Assembly: GCA_963747235.1 (NCBI GenBank)
Contig: CAVVEU010000040.1
Span: 128,001-192,000, forward strand
From: an uncultured Candidatus Rokubacteria bacterium
GTDB taxonomy: Bacteria; Methylomirabilota; Methylomirabilia; Rokubacteriales; CSP1-6
Reading direction: 5' to 3'
Length of the DNA stretch: 64,000 bases
The notes beneath the pieces were generated by a model. That model saw nothing but the letters and a program-made list of their open reading frames with translations, was not told where the DNA came from and searched no databases. The translations under genes were made by a program, and so were the position numbers. Position 1 is the first letter of the stretch. Every line of letters begins with the position of its first letter. Below, piece by piece: positions 31,331 through 48,550 of the stretch.

Positions 31331-32501
31331 CAGGAGCGCTTGAGCACGAAGACGGTCATGTCGTCCTGCAGGCGCGACCCGGCCCGCTGGAGCACCTCCG
31401 CGGTCAGCCGGTCGGCCAGCGCCTGCGCGCTCAGCGCGCGCTCGCGCTCGAAGAGCGGCAGCAGGGCCGGGATGCCGGGCCGGTGGCCGTCCTCGCTCTG
31501 GGCCTCCACGATGCCGTCGGTCAGCAGCACGAGCGTATCGCCGGGGGTCGCCAGGTTGAGCTCGATCTGCAAGAACGTGGAATCGGGGAACACGCCGAGC
31601 ACGGTGCCGCCCGCCGGGCCGAGCGAGGCTCCCACCGCGGGACGGTCCGCGCGCATGATCACCGGGTCCGGGTGGCCACCGCCCGCGAGCACCACGCGGC
31701 CGGGGTCGCTCGGATCCAGCGCGGCCAGCACCAGCGTCACGAACATGGACGGCGGCATGTCCCGGCAGAGCGACGCGTTCAGCCGGGTCAGCACGTCCGC
31801 GGGCTGGGGCAGGTCCCGCGCGATCTCCCGCAGGAGCGTCCGCACCATGACCATGAGGAGCGCGGCGGGAATGCCCTTGCCGGAGACGTCGCCGACCACC
31901 ACCCCGAGCCGCTCGCCCATCGGGAAGATGTCGAAGAAGTCGCCCCCCACGATGGTGGACGAGCGCAGCACCGCCCCCGCGTCGAGCCCGGCCACGCGCG
32001 CGGGGACCGGCGGCAGCAGCCGACGCTGGATGTCGCGCGCCGCCTCCAGATCGCGGCCGAACTGGGCCATGTGCTCGGCGGTGAACCAGTCCCCCAGCAC
32101 GCTGAGCAGCGGGCGCACCACCCGCGACTGGGCGGTGCGCTTGAGCAGCGCCTGCACGCGGGCCAGGATCTCGGCCGGCTCGAAGGGCTTGGCCACGTAG
32201 TCGTCGGCGCCGTGCTCGAAGCCTTTCATCTTGTCGGCGAGCGCGCCCTTGGCGGTCAGCATGATCACCGGCGTGTGCGCGGTGGGCCCGTGCTCCCGGA
32301 TCCGGCGCAGCGCCTCGAGCCCGTCCGCGCGCGGCATCATCACGTCGAGCAGGACCAGGTCTGGCGCGTGGAGGTGGATGACCTCGAGCGCCTCGAGCCC
32401 GTCGGCGGCGCTGATGACCTCGTAGCCCGCGCGCCGCAGGGTCACGCTCAGGATCGTGTTGATGTCGGCCTCGTCGTCCACCACCAGGATGCGGGCGGAG
32501 G

Positions 32502-32505
<4 letters not shown>
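31330..32505 (-). CDS. response regulator receiver + PP2C/SpoIIE (RsbU/RsbP-like) phosphatase
   Basis: REC motifs ILVVDDE, LLDVMMP, MLTAK and AKPF; PP2C motifs GGDFFD, GDVSGKG, LTDGIVE and QDDMT. Confidence 0.92.
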
Positions 32506-36554
<4,049 letters not shown>

Positions 36555-36576
36555 GCTCGCGTCCAGTATACGCGGA

Positions 36577-37401
36577 CTAGGCCCGAGGTCTGGTACCCGC
36601 CGCGCCGTAATAATTGAAGGTGAAGGAGAAGTGCCCGGCCGCGTCCGCCCGCTCGATCTCGGCGAGCCAGCCCGCCGCGCGGCGCGCCCCGACCAGCCCG
36701 AGCTCCACCGCCGCGCCGGCCCGCCGCTCGAGCAGGCTGTGGGTGAAGGGATCGAGTCGCCGCGCCTGGTAGACGTCCGCCAGCAGGCGCACGCGCTCGA
36801 GCCCCAGCTCCACCAGCCGCCGCACCAGGGTCCGGCCGGAGAACGGGTCGGGATACAACCGCGCGGTCACGCCCTCGAGGATCCGCCGGGTCAGCTCGCG
36901 GTCCGGATGATCGAGCACCTGGGTGCCGAAATCCTGGTCCTGGAGCGCCACCACGCCCCCCGGCCGCGTCACCCGCACCAGCTCGCGCAGCATCGCGTCC
37001 GGCCGCGCCACGTGGAGCAGCACGGTCACCGCGAGGGCGCAGTCGAAGCGGCCGGTGCGGAGCGGCAGCGCCGTCGCGTCGCCGAGGCGGAAGTCCACGC
37101 GGCGGTCGAGCCGTTCCTCGCGCGCCAGCCGCCGCGCGGCCGCCAGCAGCACCCGGCTCCGGTCGACACCGGTCACGTGGCCGCGCGGCCCCACGAGCGC
37201 GGCCACGTCGCGCGCGACCACCCCGCTGCCCGAGCCCACCTCGACCACGCGCCAGCCGGGGGCGATGCGGCAGAAGCGCAGGAAGCGGCGGCGCAGACGC
37301 GCCTGGCTCGGGCTGCGCCCGCGCGTTTCCATCATCCGCGCGTAGCGCTCGGGCCGGGGCTGGCGGTCGACGGCCCGCCAGGGATCGGGATGCACGGGCA
37401 C
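36577..37401 (-). CDS. class I SAM-dependent methyltransferase
   Basis: VVEVGSGSG, VTGVD, GDATALP, FD and LVRVTRPGG. Confidence 0.88.
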   Translation of the reverse strand: MPVHPDPWRAVDRQPRPERYARMMETRGRSPSQARLRRRFLRFCRIAPGWRVVEVGSGSGVVARDVAALVGPRGHVTGVDRSRVLLAAARRLAREERLDRRVDFRLGDATALPLRTGRFDCALAVTVLLHVARPDAMLRELVRVTRPGGVVALQDQDFGTQVLDHPDRELTRRILEGVTARLYPDPFSGRTLVRRLVELGLERVRLLADVYQARRLDPFTHSLLERRAGAAVELGLVGARRAAGWLAEIERADAAGHFSFTFNYYGAAGTRPRA

Positions 37402-37403
37402 GG

Positions 37404-38222
37404 TCAGTCGAAGCGGCCGGGAAAGAGCTCGCGGAACAATCGCAGCAGCCCGCCCTCGGCCGCCGCCGGCGCGACGCGGTCGGCGGCGCGGCGCACGAGC
37501 TCGGGGGCGTGCGGCATGGCCACGCCGAGACCGGCCTCGCGCAGCATCTCCACGTCGTTCTCCTGATCGCCCACCGCGACGACCCGATCGAGCGGCACGC
37601 CCAGGTGCGCGCTCAGCCGGCCCAGCGCCGCGCCCTTCGAGGCCCCCACCGGGATGATCTCGAGGTAGTCGCCACGGGTGCGCACGAGGCGGCCGTGCTC
37701 GGCCACGATCGGGGTCAGCTCGCCCCGCACGATGTCGAGATCCTTCGGGTGGCCGATCAGCAGGCTCTTGATGAACCCGCCCAGGGCCAGGAACTCGGCG
37801 GGATCGTCCACCACGTCCACGTGGAGGCCTTCCTCCTCGCAGTACCGGCGCACCGCGAGGGTGTGCGCGATGCAGTAGAGCCGGTCGTCGCGGTAGAAGA
37901 CCGGGTGCACCGGGGCCTGCGAGAACACCGCCCAGGCCCGCCGGAGCGCGCCGCGGGGCAGCGTGAGCGAGACGAGATCGGGGCCGCCCTCGGCGCCGCG
38001 CACCACCGCGCCGTTGTAGTAGATGACCGGGGCGGTGACGCCGAGCTGGTCGCGGTAGGGATCGGCCGCCGCGGGCATCCGCCCGGTGGCCAGCGAGATG
38101 GCGAGCCCGCGCTCGGACGCGCCGTGGAAGGCCTCCACCAGCGCCGGATCGAGCGCCATGGAGTCGTCGAGCAGGGTCCCGTCGAGATCGCAGACGAGGA
38201 GATCGTACGTCGCGGGCGTCAC
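37404..38222 (-). CDS. Cof-type HAD IIB hydrolase
   Basis: DLDGTLL, ATGR, YNGA, LEI...SKG and VGDQENDVEML. Confidence 0.92.
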   Translation of the reverse strand: MTPATYDLLVCDLDGTLLDDSMALDPALVEAFHGASERGLAISLATGRMPAAADPYRDQLGVTAPVIYYNGAVVRGAEGGPDLVSLTLPRGALRRAWAVFSQAPVHPVFYRDDRLYCIAHTLAVRRYCEEEGLHVDVVDDPAEFLALGGFIKSLLIGHPKDLDIVRGELTPIVAEHGRLVRTRGDYLEIIPVGASKGAALGRLSAHLGVPLDRVVAVGDQENDVEMLREAGLGVAMPHAPELVRRAADRVAPAAAEGGLLRLFRELFPGRFD

Positions 38223-38467
38223 GCCCGCCGTTCCCCCCGCTGGAACCGCGCCGCGCACTCGCGGCTGCAGAAGAAGAGCGGCGCCCCGCCCGCCTCGGAC
38301 CGGATCGCCCGCGACATCAGGACGTAGGTCTGGCACACCGGATCCTTCACCAGCTCGTCGCGGGTCCGCTCGCCGGGCGAGGGCAGCCGCGCCCGCCACG
38401 CGGCGGGCAGCCGGGTGACCACGAGGACGACCACCGCGATCAGGGCCAGGAGCATCAGCGCGCGCAT
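38219..38467 (-). CDS. small membrane-anchored YHS/TRASH-domain protein
   Basis: N-terminal TM followed by LVKDPVCQTYV...FFCSREC. Confidence 0.78.
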   Translation of the reverse strand: MRALMLLALIAVVVLVVTRLPAAWRARLPSPGERTRDELVKDPVCQTYVLMSRAIRSEAGGAPLFFCSRECAARFQRGERRA

Positions 38468-38475
38468 GGCGCCTC

Positions 38476-38712
38476 TCAACGAGGATCGGGTCGGATGGAG
38501 AGCGAGCGGAGGAAGTCGCGGTCCTGCTCGGTCAGATCGAAGCCCTCGGCGGACTCGGCGGCGCGGGCGCCCGAGAAGAAGATGCCGGTCTCCGCGCCGC
38601 GCCGCAGGATCTCCTGCACCGCCTCGCGCGAGGCCTCGGTGGCCTTGAGCGAGACCTCGATGGCGCGGAGCAGCTTCTCCATCAGCCGATCGGCGGGGCG
38701 CTCTTGCGTCAT
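38476..38712 (-). CDS. hypothetical protein (78 aa)
   Basis: GC3-rich ORF ending LTEQDRDFLRSLSI; extended -10 (TGcTATCGT) 7 nt upstream. Confidence 0.6.
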   Translation of the reverse strand: MTQERPADRLMEKLLRAIEVSLKATEASREAVQEILRRGAETGIFFSGARAAESAEGFDLTEQDRDFLRSLSIRPDPR

Positions 38713-38750
38713 GGCGTGTACGATAGCACACTGACCCGACGGAGCTTTCC

Positions 38751-39308
38751 GTGGCCCCCGACGACACCACCCGCGACTGGCACTTCCTCCGCTCGACGAC
38801 GCGCGAGCGCCTCGGCAAGCTCACCCTGCGCGAGGACGTCTGGCGCCTGCCCACCGGCGTGGAGAAGACCTACCCCATCCTGCACGTCGGGCCGACGGTG
38901 GGCGTGGTGCCCTTCGTGGACGCGGACCACGTGCTGCTGATCCGGCAGTTCCGTCATCTCCTCCGCGGCGATTCCTGGGAGCTGCCCGGGGGCGGCGGCC
39001 TACCCGGGGAGACGCCGGAGGCCGCCGCGCAGCGCGAGCTGCGGGAGGAGGGCGGCTACCGCGCGGGACGCCTGACCTTCCTCACCCGCTTCTTCCCCTC
39101 CGCCGCGTATCTCGACGAGACCGCCTACTGCTACATCGGCGAGGAGCTCGTGGCCGATCCCCTCGCCTCCGACGACGACGAGTTCTTCGAGCGGCGCGTG
39201 GTCCGGTTCCGCGAAGCGGTGGCGATGGCGCTGGACGACCGCATCACCGAGTCCGTCTCCAAGATCGCCCTCCTCGCCGCCGCCCTCCGCCGCGGCCTCC
39301 GCCCCTAG
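38751..39308 (+). CDS. NUDIX hydrolase (ADP-ribose pyrophosphatase-like)
   Basis: Nudix box ELPGGGGLPGETPEAAAQRELREEGG, RQFRH and DDDEF. Confidence 0.9.
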   Translation: MAPDDTTRDWHFLRSTTRERLGKLTLREDVWRLPTGVEKTYPILHVGPTVGVVPFVDADHVLLIRQFRHLLRGDSWELPGGGGLPGETPEAAAQRELREEGGYRAGRLTFLTRFFPSAAYLDETAYCYIGEELVADPLASDDDEFFERRVVRFREAVAMALDDRITESVSKIALLAAALRRGLRP

Positions 39309-39368
39309 CGTCGCTCCGCGTCCGCCCGCTGCGTCGACCGCGCGCTCGGCTCATCGACGGGTGGGACC

Positions 39369-39500
39369 GGGGGGCGGGGGCTCTCCCGGGAGCACGCTGA
39401 CTCGCACGCCCGCACCGGCTCTCTCACGAGCCACGAGATGGGAGCGCCAGCCTTCGGCGACGCGCAGAAGACACGGCTCCCGGGAGAGCCCCCGCCCCCC
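39369..39500 (+). repeat. structured element copy 1 (25-bp perfect inverted arms + 82-nt core)
   Basis: GGGGGGCGGGGGCTCTCCCGGGAGC (39369-39393) is the reverse complement of 39476-39500; the core matches copy 2. Confidence 0.85.
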
Positions 39501-39631
39501 AGCCCCACCCTCGCGCCGCGACACACCACTCAAGCGCGGGCACCGCTACACCGGAGTGGAATCACCCGAGCCCCCTGATTGACTGGCGGGTGGTGACCAG
39601 CCTTGACGTGGCGGTTGGAACTGGTTGTGCG

Positions 39632-39773
39632 CGGAGGGGGTGGCAGGTCCTCCCCGGGACCGTGTCTTCTGCGCGTCGCCGAAGCGCAACGCCCCCATCT
39701 CGTGGCTCGATTGAGAGAGCCCGCGCGGGCCAGCGAGTCAGCGTGTCCCGGGGAGGACCTGCCACCCCCTCCG
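39632..39773 (-). repeat. structured element copy 2 (29-bp perfect inverted arms + 84-nt core), inverted relative to copy 1
   Basis: CGGAGGGGGTGGCAGGTCCTCCCCGGGAC (39632-39660) pairs with 39745-39773; the core reverse complement ACGCTGACTCGC...GCAGAAGACACG matches copy 1. Confidence 0.85.
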
Positions 39774-39785
39774 GCGCACCCCGCG

Positions 39786-40781
39786 TCAGACACGACGTGG
39801 CGCGAAGTCAGCGAGGCCCGGCGACCAGCGCGCCGCGGGGGGCGAGGCGAGGTCGCGGGCCTGCTCGTGGGCTTCGTCGGCCTCGCGGGGGAGGCCGGTG
39901 CGCGCGTAGAGGTCGCCGAGGAGCGCGTGCAGGCTCGGCTGGTCGGCGTCGGCGGTGAGCGCGGTCACCACCACGCGGCGCGCGTCGTGGAGGAAACCGC
40001 GACTGGCCAGGATGCCCGCCTGCATCACCGCGCGCGAGCTGGCCGGCACGTCGGGGCCGAGCGCCTGGTCGATCTCGCGCAGATCGCGCTGTAACTCGTC
40101 GGCGCGCTGCCGGTCCGCCACCTCGAAGCGGATCTCGTCCACCACGCTCTGCCCCGAGAAGAGCTGCAGCGTGTAGGCGGTCCCGGGAGCCAGCGCGGGC
40201 GCGTCGGCCGGATAGGCGAGCCGGCTGCCGGTCAGCCCGGAGCGCTCCAGCACGACGGTGGAGCCGGTGACCACGCGCAGCGTGTAGCGCCCGAACTGAT
40301 AGCCCTGCCACTCGAACGCGAGCGCGTCCGGCATGACGGGGCCCACGCGCGGGCTCAGGATCGCGGGCGGCCGCCTCATGGTCCGCGTGGAGAGCACCGG
40401 GCGCGGCGTCTCGCGGGGGTTGCTGCCGAGGAAGCCGAGACCGCTCTCGAGCAGGAGGAAGGCCTTCTGCGCCTTGCTGTCCGCCGGCGGCGCCGTGACC
40501 ACGAACGGTGACCGCGCCGCGTCCACCTGCACGCTGCCGCGCCGGCCGGCCAGCACCACCACCGCGGAGGCGTTGTCCGTGGCGCGGAGGCTGTCGCCGA
40601 CCCTGAGCGCGAGCAGCGGCCCCGCGGGCCGCCACTCCGTCGTCCCCGGCCCGCTCACCTCGATGCGCCCGCGGCCCGGCTTGATCTCGGTGATCATGGC
40701 GCCCACGTCCCGCGTCTGGGCACTCGCCGGCACCGTCGCGCTCAGCATCACGATGACCAGCCAGGCCGTGACTCGGGTCAT
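39786..40781 (-). CDS. exported hypothetical protein (FecR-like N-terminus, DUF928-like middle, TPR-like C-terminus)
   Basis: Signal peptide; LRVGDSLRA, AFEW, YPADAPALAPGTAY and LLGDLYARTG. Confidence 0.6.
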   Translation of the reverse strand: MTRVTAWLVIVMLSATVPASAQTRDVGAMITEIKPGRGRIEVSGPGTTEWRPAGPLLALRVGDSLRATDNASAVVVLAGRRGSVQVDAARSPFVVTAPPADSKAQKAFLLLESGLGFLGSNPRETPRPVLSTRTMRRPPAILSPRVGPVMPDALAFEWQGYQFGRYTLRVVTGSTVVLERSGLTGSRLAYPADAPALAPGTAYTLQLFSGQSVVDEIRFEVADRQRADELQRDLREIDQALGPDVPASSRAVMQAGILASRGFLHDARRVVVTALTADADQPSLHALLGDLYARTGLPREADEAHEQARDLASPPAARWSPGLADFAPRRV

Positions 40782-40790
40782 GCCCACCTC

Positions 40791-43520
<2,730 letters not shown>

Positions 43521-43578
43521 CGGCCAGCCGGTGACGGACCATGCGGTCGGGGATCCGGCGGCCGCCGGGGCGCGGCGC

Positions 43579-44685
43579 TCACTCCGCCGCTAGCCCGCGG
43601 CCGGGAAGACGCGCAGCGCCTCGGGCCGGAGCGAGAGCGCCAGCTCGGCGCCCTCCGCGGCGCCCAGGCTCGGCGAAGGCGGTGGCCGCCACGTCGCACT
43701 CGAGCGCGGGCGCGCCGTCGGGCAGGGCCAGGCTCAGGCGGGTGAAGGGACCCAGGAACTGGATGGCGCGGATGCGCGTGACCAGCCGGTTCTCCGCGCC
43801 GAGCGGCGGCGCCGACCGTGATCTCCTCGGGCCGGATCGCGAGCGTGAGCCGCGTGCCCGCGGCGACCGCCTCGGTGGCCCCGTGACGCATCTCCGCCCC
43901 GCCGAGCCGCGCCCACCCGGCCCGCTCCCCCGCGATCGGCGTCGAGGAAGTTCATCTGGCCGACGAAGCGCGCGACGAACGGCGAGCGCGGGCGCATGTA
44001 GACCTCGACCGGCGCGCCCACCTGCTCCACCACCCCGTGGTTCATCACCACGATGCGGTCGGCCATGGCGAGCGCCTCCTCCTGGTCGTGCGTCACCATG
44101 ATGGTGGTCACGCCGAGCCGCCGCTGCAGCGCGCGGATCTCGTGGCGGAGCGACTGGCGCACCCGCGCGTCGAGCGCGGAGAGCGGCTCGTCCAGCAGCA
44201 GCAGCGCGGGCGACGGCGCCAGGGCCCGCGCCAGCGCGATGCGCTGCTGCTCGCCGCCCGAGAGCTGCGCCGGGTACTTCTGCTTGTGGGCCGCGAGCCC
44301 CACCAGGGCCAGCAGCTCGTCGACGCGGGCCTCGATCTGGGCCTTCGCCACGCGCGCGCGTCTCGAGCCCGTAGCCCACGTTGCGGGCCACCGTGAGGTT
44401 CGGGAAGAGCGCGTAGGACTGGAAGACGATGCCGTAGTTGCGCTGGCTGGGCGGCAGCGTGGAGACGTCGCGCCCGCCCATCATCACCACGCCCGCGTTC
44501 TGCCGCTCGAGCCCCGCGATGATCCGCAGCAGCGTGGTCTTGCCGCAGCCGCTCGGCCCCAGGAAGCAGACGAACTCGCCGGGCGCGATGGACAGCGTGA
44601 TGCCGCGCAGGGCCACGAACTGGCCGAACTTCTTGGCGATGCCCTCGAGGGCCACCGCCGCGGGCCGGGCGGTCGCCGCACTCAC
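43579..44685 (-). CDS. ABC transporter ATP-binding protein (PhnT-like; frameshifted)
   Basis: [41 protein letters not shown] and VTHDQEEA. Confidence 0.9.
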   Translation of the reverse strand: MSAATARPAAVALEGIAKKFGQFVALRGITLSIAPGEFVCFLGPSGCGKTTLLRIIAGLERQNAGVVMMGGRDVSTLPPSQRNYGIVFQSYALFPNLTVARNVGYGLETRARGEGPDRGPRRRAAGPGGARGPQAEVPGAALGRRAAAHRAGAGPGAVARAAAAGRAALRARRAGAPVAPPRDPRAAAAARRDHHHGDARPGGGARHGRPHRGDEPRGGGAGGRAGRGLHAPALAVRRALRRPDELPRRRSRGSGPGGRGSAGRRCVTGPPRRSPRARGSRSRSGPRRSRSAPPLGAENRLVTRIRAIQFLGPFTRLSLALPDGAPALECDVAATAFAEPGRRGGRRAGALAPARGAARLPGRGLAAE

Positions 44686-46637
44686 CCGCGGCTCCCTCTC
44701 GCGGACTCTTCCGCCACCACGCGCAGCAGCCCGGGCCCGTAGCGCTCCGCCTTGTGTGGCCCCACCCCGTGCGCCATCTCGAGCTCGGCCCGCGTGCGGG
44801 GCTCAGCATGGCGATGTCGCGGAGGGTCCGATCGCTGGCCACGATGAAGGGCGCCAGGCCCTCGGCCCGCGCCACCGCGAGCCGGTGGCGCCGGAGCGCC
44901 TCGAAGAGCCCCTGGGCCGCCGCGTCCAGCTCCGCGGCCTCGCGCGCGGGCCGGCGGCGCCCGGGCTCCGACGACCCGCGCCGCGGGCGCGGCCTCCGCG
45001 CGGCGGCCGGTCGGGGGCAGCAGCAGCCGCACCGGCCGCTCGCCCTTCATGACCGCGCGCCCTTCCTCGGTCAGCACCACGACCGGGCGCTCGCGTCCCG
45101 AGAAGCTCACCCACCCCGCGGAGACGCACCGGCGCAGCAGGGCCAGGATCCACGCCTCCGGATGCTCCTTCAGATTGCCGTGGGTCGGCACCCGGGTGAG
45201 CCCGGCCCGCTCCAGGCGCTCGTCCGGCTCGCCGTGGACCAGCTTCACCACGGTCTGGAGCCCGAAGCGGTCGTGGACGCGGGCCACGCCCGACAGGGCC
45301 TTCCGGACGATCAGGGTGGTGCGCTCGGCATCCTCCTCTTCCGGGGCGCCCTCGAGCGCCCGGCAGACGTCGCAGCGCCCGCAGCCGTCGAGCGTCTCCG
45401 CCTCGTCGCCGAAGTAGCGAAGAATCGCGTCGTGACGGCAGCTTCCGCCCTCGACCCAGCGGATCAGCTCGAGGAACAGGCCCCACTTGTGCTCGACCAC
45501 CGCGGGATCCGGCGCCGCGCCGTCGGCGCCCCGCTCGAGCAGGGCGCGGCGCAGCGGCAGATCGCTGCCGCTGACCAGGAGGAGCCCGAGGGCGGGCGCC
45601 CCGTCGCGGCCGGCGCGGCCCACCTCCTGGTAGTAGGCCTCGATGGAGCCGGGCGGGCCCAGGTGGATCACCGCGCGGACGTCCGGCCGGTCGATGCCCA
45701 TGCCGAAGGCGTTGGTGGCCACGACGACCTCGACGCGCCCGTCCGCGAACCCTCGCTGGGCCACCTCGCGCGTCGCGGCCGTCGAGCCCGGCGTGATAGA
45801 CGCGGCGCCCGCCAGCCGCGGCCGGCCAGCCGCTCGCCCTCCTCCTCGGCCTTCTTGCGCGTCGGCGCGTAGACGATCGCGGTGCCGCCGCCGCGGCCGG
45901 GCCCGCCGAGCGCCTCGGCGAGCGCCGCGTCCACCAGCCGCTCGCGCTCGCGCTTGCCCGTCCACCTCGACCGCGCGCAGGGCCAGGTTCGGGCGGGCGA
46001 AGCCGCGCACCATCTGCGGCGTGTCCGGCGGCAGGCCGAGCCGCGCGAGGATCTCGTCGCGCACGACCGGCGTCGCGGTGGCCGTGCACGCGAGCACGCG
46101 CGCGGCCGGGAAGTCGGCGATCAGCGCGCCGATCTCGAGATACTCCGGGCGGAAGTCGTGGCCCCACTCGCTGATGCAGTGGGCCTCGTCCACCGCGACG
46201 AGCGGGACGGCGAGCTCGCGCGAGCATGGCCCGGAAGCCGGGGAACGCGAGCCGCTCGGGCGCGACGTAGACGAGCTGGAAGGCGCCGGCGGCCAGCCGC
46301 GCCATGCGCCGCCGCATCTCGGCGGCGTCGAGGGTGGCCGCCAGGTAGGTCGCGGGCACCCCGCGCGCGTCGAGCGCCTGCACCTGGTCGGCCATCAGGG
46401 CCACCAGCGGCGAGATGACGAGCGTGGTGCCGGGCAGCAGCGTGGCGGGGAGCTGGTAGCTCAGGCTCTTGCCGCCGCCGGTGGGCGCCACCAGGAGGAG
46501 CCGGCCGCGGGCGAGCAGGGTCTCGATCGCCTCGCGCTGGCCCGGCCGGAAGGCGGCGTAGCCGAGCCGGGAGCCCCGCGTCGAGAGTCGGAGTCCCGAC
46601 GGTCAGCCGCCGGCTGGGCCGCGCCGCTCGCGATCAC
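44682..46637 (-). CDS. recQ: RecQ family ATP-dependent DNA helicase (frameshifted)
   Basis: [58 protein letters not shown], Zn-binding CR...CGRCDVC and an HRDC-like C-terminus. Confidence 0.92.
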
Positions 46638-46638
46638 C

Positions 46639-47666
46639 TTACTTGGCGTACCGCTTCTGCCACTCGGCGAGGATCCGGTCGCGGTTCTTCGCCGACCAGT
46701 CGAAGTCGTTCGGGAACACGACCTTGCTGATGTCCTTCGGCAGGCCCTCGGGCACCGGCATGCCGGCCACCGCCACCGCCGCGAAGAACTTGGCGTAGAT
46801 CTCCATCGACTCGTCGGTGATCGGCCCAGTCGAGGAACTGCTTGGCCGCCGGGTTCTTCGCGCCCTTCTTGGTGAGCCCGTTGGCCTCCATCTCGTAGCC
46901 CGAGCCCTCCTTGGGCAGCACCATCTCCACCGGGGCGCCCTTCTTCTTCATCTCGAGGGCGACGTACTCGAACGACACGCCGATGGCGCGCTCGCCCGCC
47001 GCCGCGTCCTTGCAGGGCTTGGAGCCGGACTTCGTGTACTCGGCGATGTTCGTGTCGAGCGCGTCGAGGTACTTCCAGCCCTCGGCCTCGCCCATCCGCT
47101 GCAGGATCGACGACCACCGAGAGGTAGCCGGTGCCCGAGGAGGCCGGGTTCGGCATCACGACGTGCCCCTTGTAGACGGGCTTGGTCGAGGTCGGCCCAC
47201 GAGGCGGGCGCGGGCAGGTTGTGCTTCTTCGCCACCTCGGTGTTGAAGCAGAAGGCGGACATGTAGATGTCGATGCCCGACCCAGCGACGGGCGGGTTGG
47301 CCTTGTCGCGGAAGAGCGGCTGGATGCGGTCGAGCCCCTTGGGCGCGTAGGGCTCGAGCAGGCCCGCGTTCTTGAAGATCGAGCATGTTGGTGGCGCCGA
47401 CGCCCCAGATCACGTCCGCCTGCATGTTGTCCTTCTCGGCCATGAAGCGGGCCGCGATGTCGCCCGGTGGACAGCCGGAGCATCTTGACCTCGATGTTCG
47501 GCAGCGACTTCTCGTAGGCCTTCTTGTACTCGGCGATCTGCTCGTTCTCGATCGCGGTGTAGATGACCACGGTCTGCTTCTGGGCCGCGGCCGGGGTGAC
47601 CGCGGCGACGGCCAGCAGCGCGGTCGTCACGATCAGGGCGAGGACGCTGCGCGCGGTGGTGAGCAT
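46639..47666 (-). CDS. ABC transporter substrate-binding protein (PhnS-like; frameshifted)
   Basis: Signal peptide, [37 protein letters not shown] and NRDRIL.EW. Confidence 0.82.
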
Positions 47667-47706
47667 GATGGAGCCTCCTTGGAGTAGCGGGTCGAGTGGG
47701 ACATCC

Positions 47707-48475
47707 TTACTGAGCCATGAATCCGCCGTCGACGATCATCTCCGCCCCCGTCATGAACGACGACTCGTCGGAGGCGAGGAACAGCGCGGCGTTGGCGATG
47801 TCGCGAGGCTGGCCGATGCGTCCGAGCGGGATTCCGGTCTTGAACTCGGCCCGCAGCGCGTCGTTGAGATACGGGGCCTGCAACGGGGTCTCGACGATCC
47901 CCGGGTGGATGATGTTCGAGCGGATATTGTCCTTCGCGAACTGGATGGCCAGCGACTTGTTGAGCGAGATCAGCGCGCCCTTGGCCGCGGTGTAGGCGTC
48001 CTGCGCCCGCGTGAAGCCGGCCAGCGCGGAGACCGAGCCGACCAGGATGATGGATCCGCCGCCGGCCGCCTGGAGGTGCGGGATGCCGTACTTGGTCACC
48101 CAGAAGACCGACTTGAGGTTGATGGCCATGACCCGGTCCCACTGCTCGCCGTCCGTCTCGAGCACCGACGCGGTCGCGGTCCTTCCAGAGCACGCCCGCG
48201 TTGTTGTAGAGGACGTGGAGCGCCCCGAAGCGGCGCGCCCCGTCCTCGACCATGCGTCGCACGTCGGCCTCGACGGCCACGTCGCCCACCACCGCCAGCG
48301 CCTCGCCGCCCGCCTTCTCGCACCAGCTCCACCGTCTCGGCGGCGGCCGCGCCGTTGATGTCGCAGACCACGACGCGGGCGCCTTCCTCGGCGAAGAGGA
48401 CCGACGGCCTCGCGTCCCATGCCCATCCCCGCGCCCGGTGATCAGCGCGACTTTGCCCTTGAGTCTTCCTGCCAT
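47707..48475 (-). CDS. SDR oxidoreductase (frameshifted)
   Basis: MAGRLKGKVALITG, YNNAG, YTAAKG, ESSFMTG and VDGG. Confidence 0.9.
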
Positions 48476-48516
48476 GTCCTGTCTCTCCCCCTCCGCGGGC
48501 GAGGGTTCCGGACTCT

Positions 48517-48549
48517 CCCTCTCCCCCTGGGGAGAGGGCAGGGTGAGGG
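48517..48549. repeat. REP-like palindromic element
   Basis: CCCTCTCCCC-CT-GGGGAGAGGG-CAGGGTGAGGG, with a degenerate second copy at about 48483-48505. Confidence 0.7.
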
Positions 48550-48550
48550 C

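Noticed and set aside
39369-39773. tRNA, CRISPR or simple terminator interpretation of the paired element; small ORFs called across it
   Set aside because: No cloverleaf with T-loop or CCA, only two inverted copies, no U-tract after the arms, and the ORFs lack coding character.
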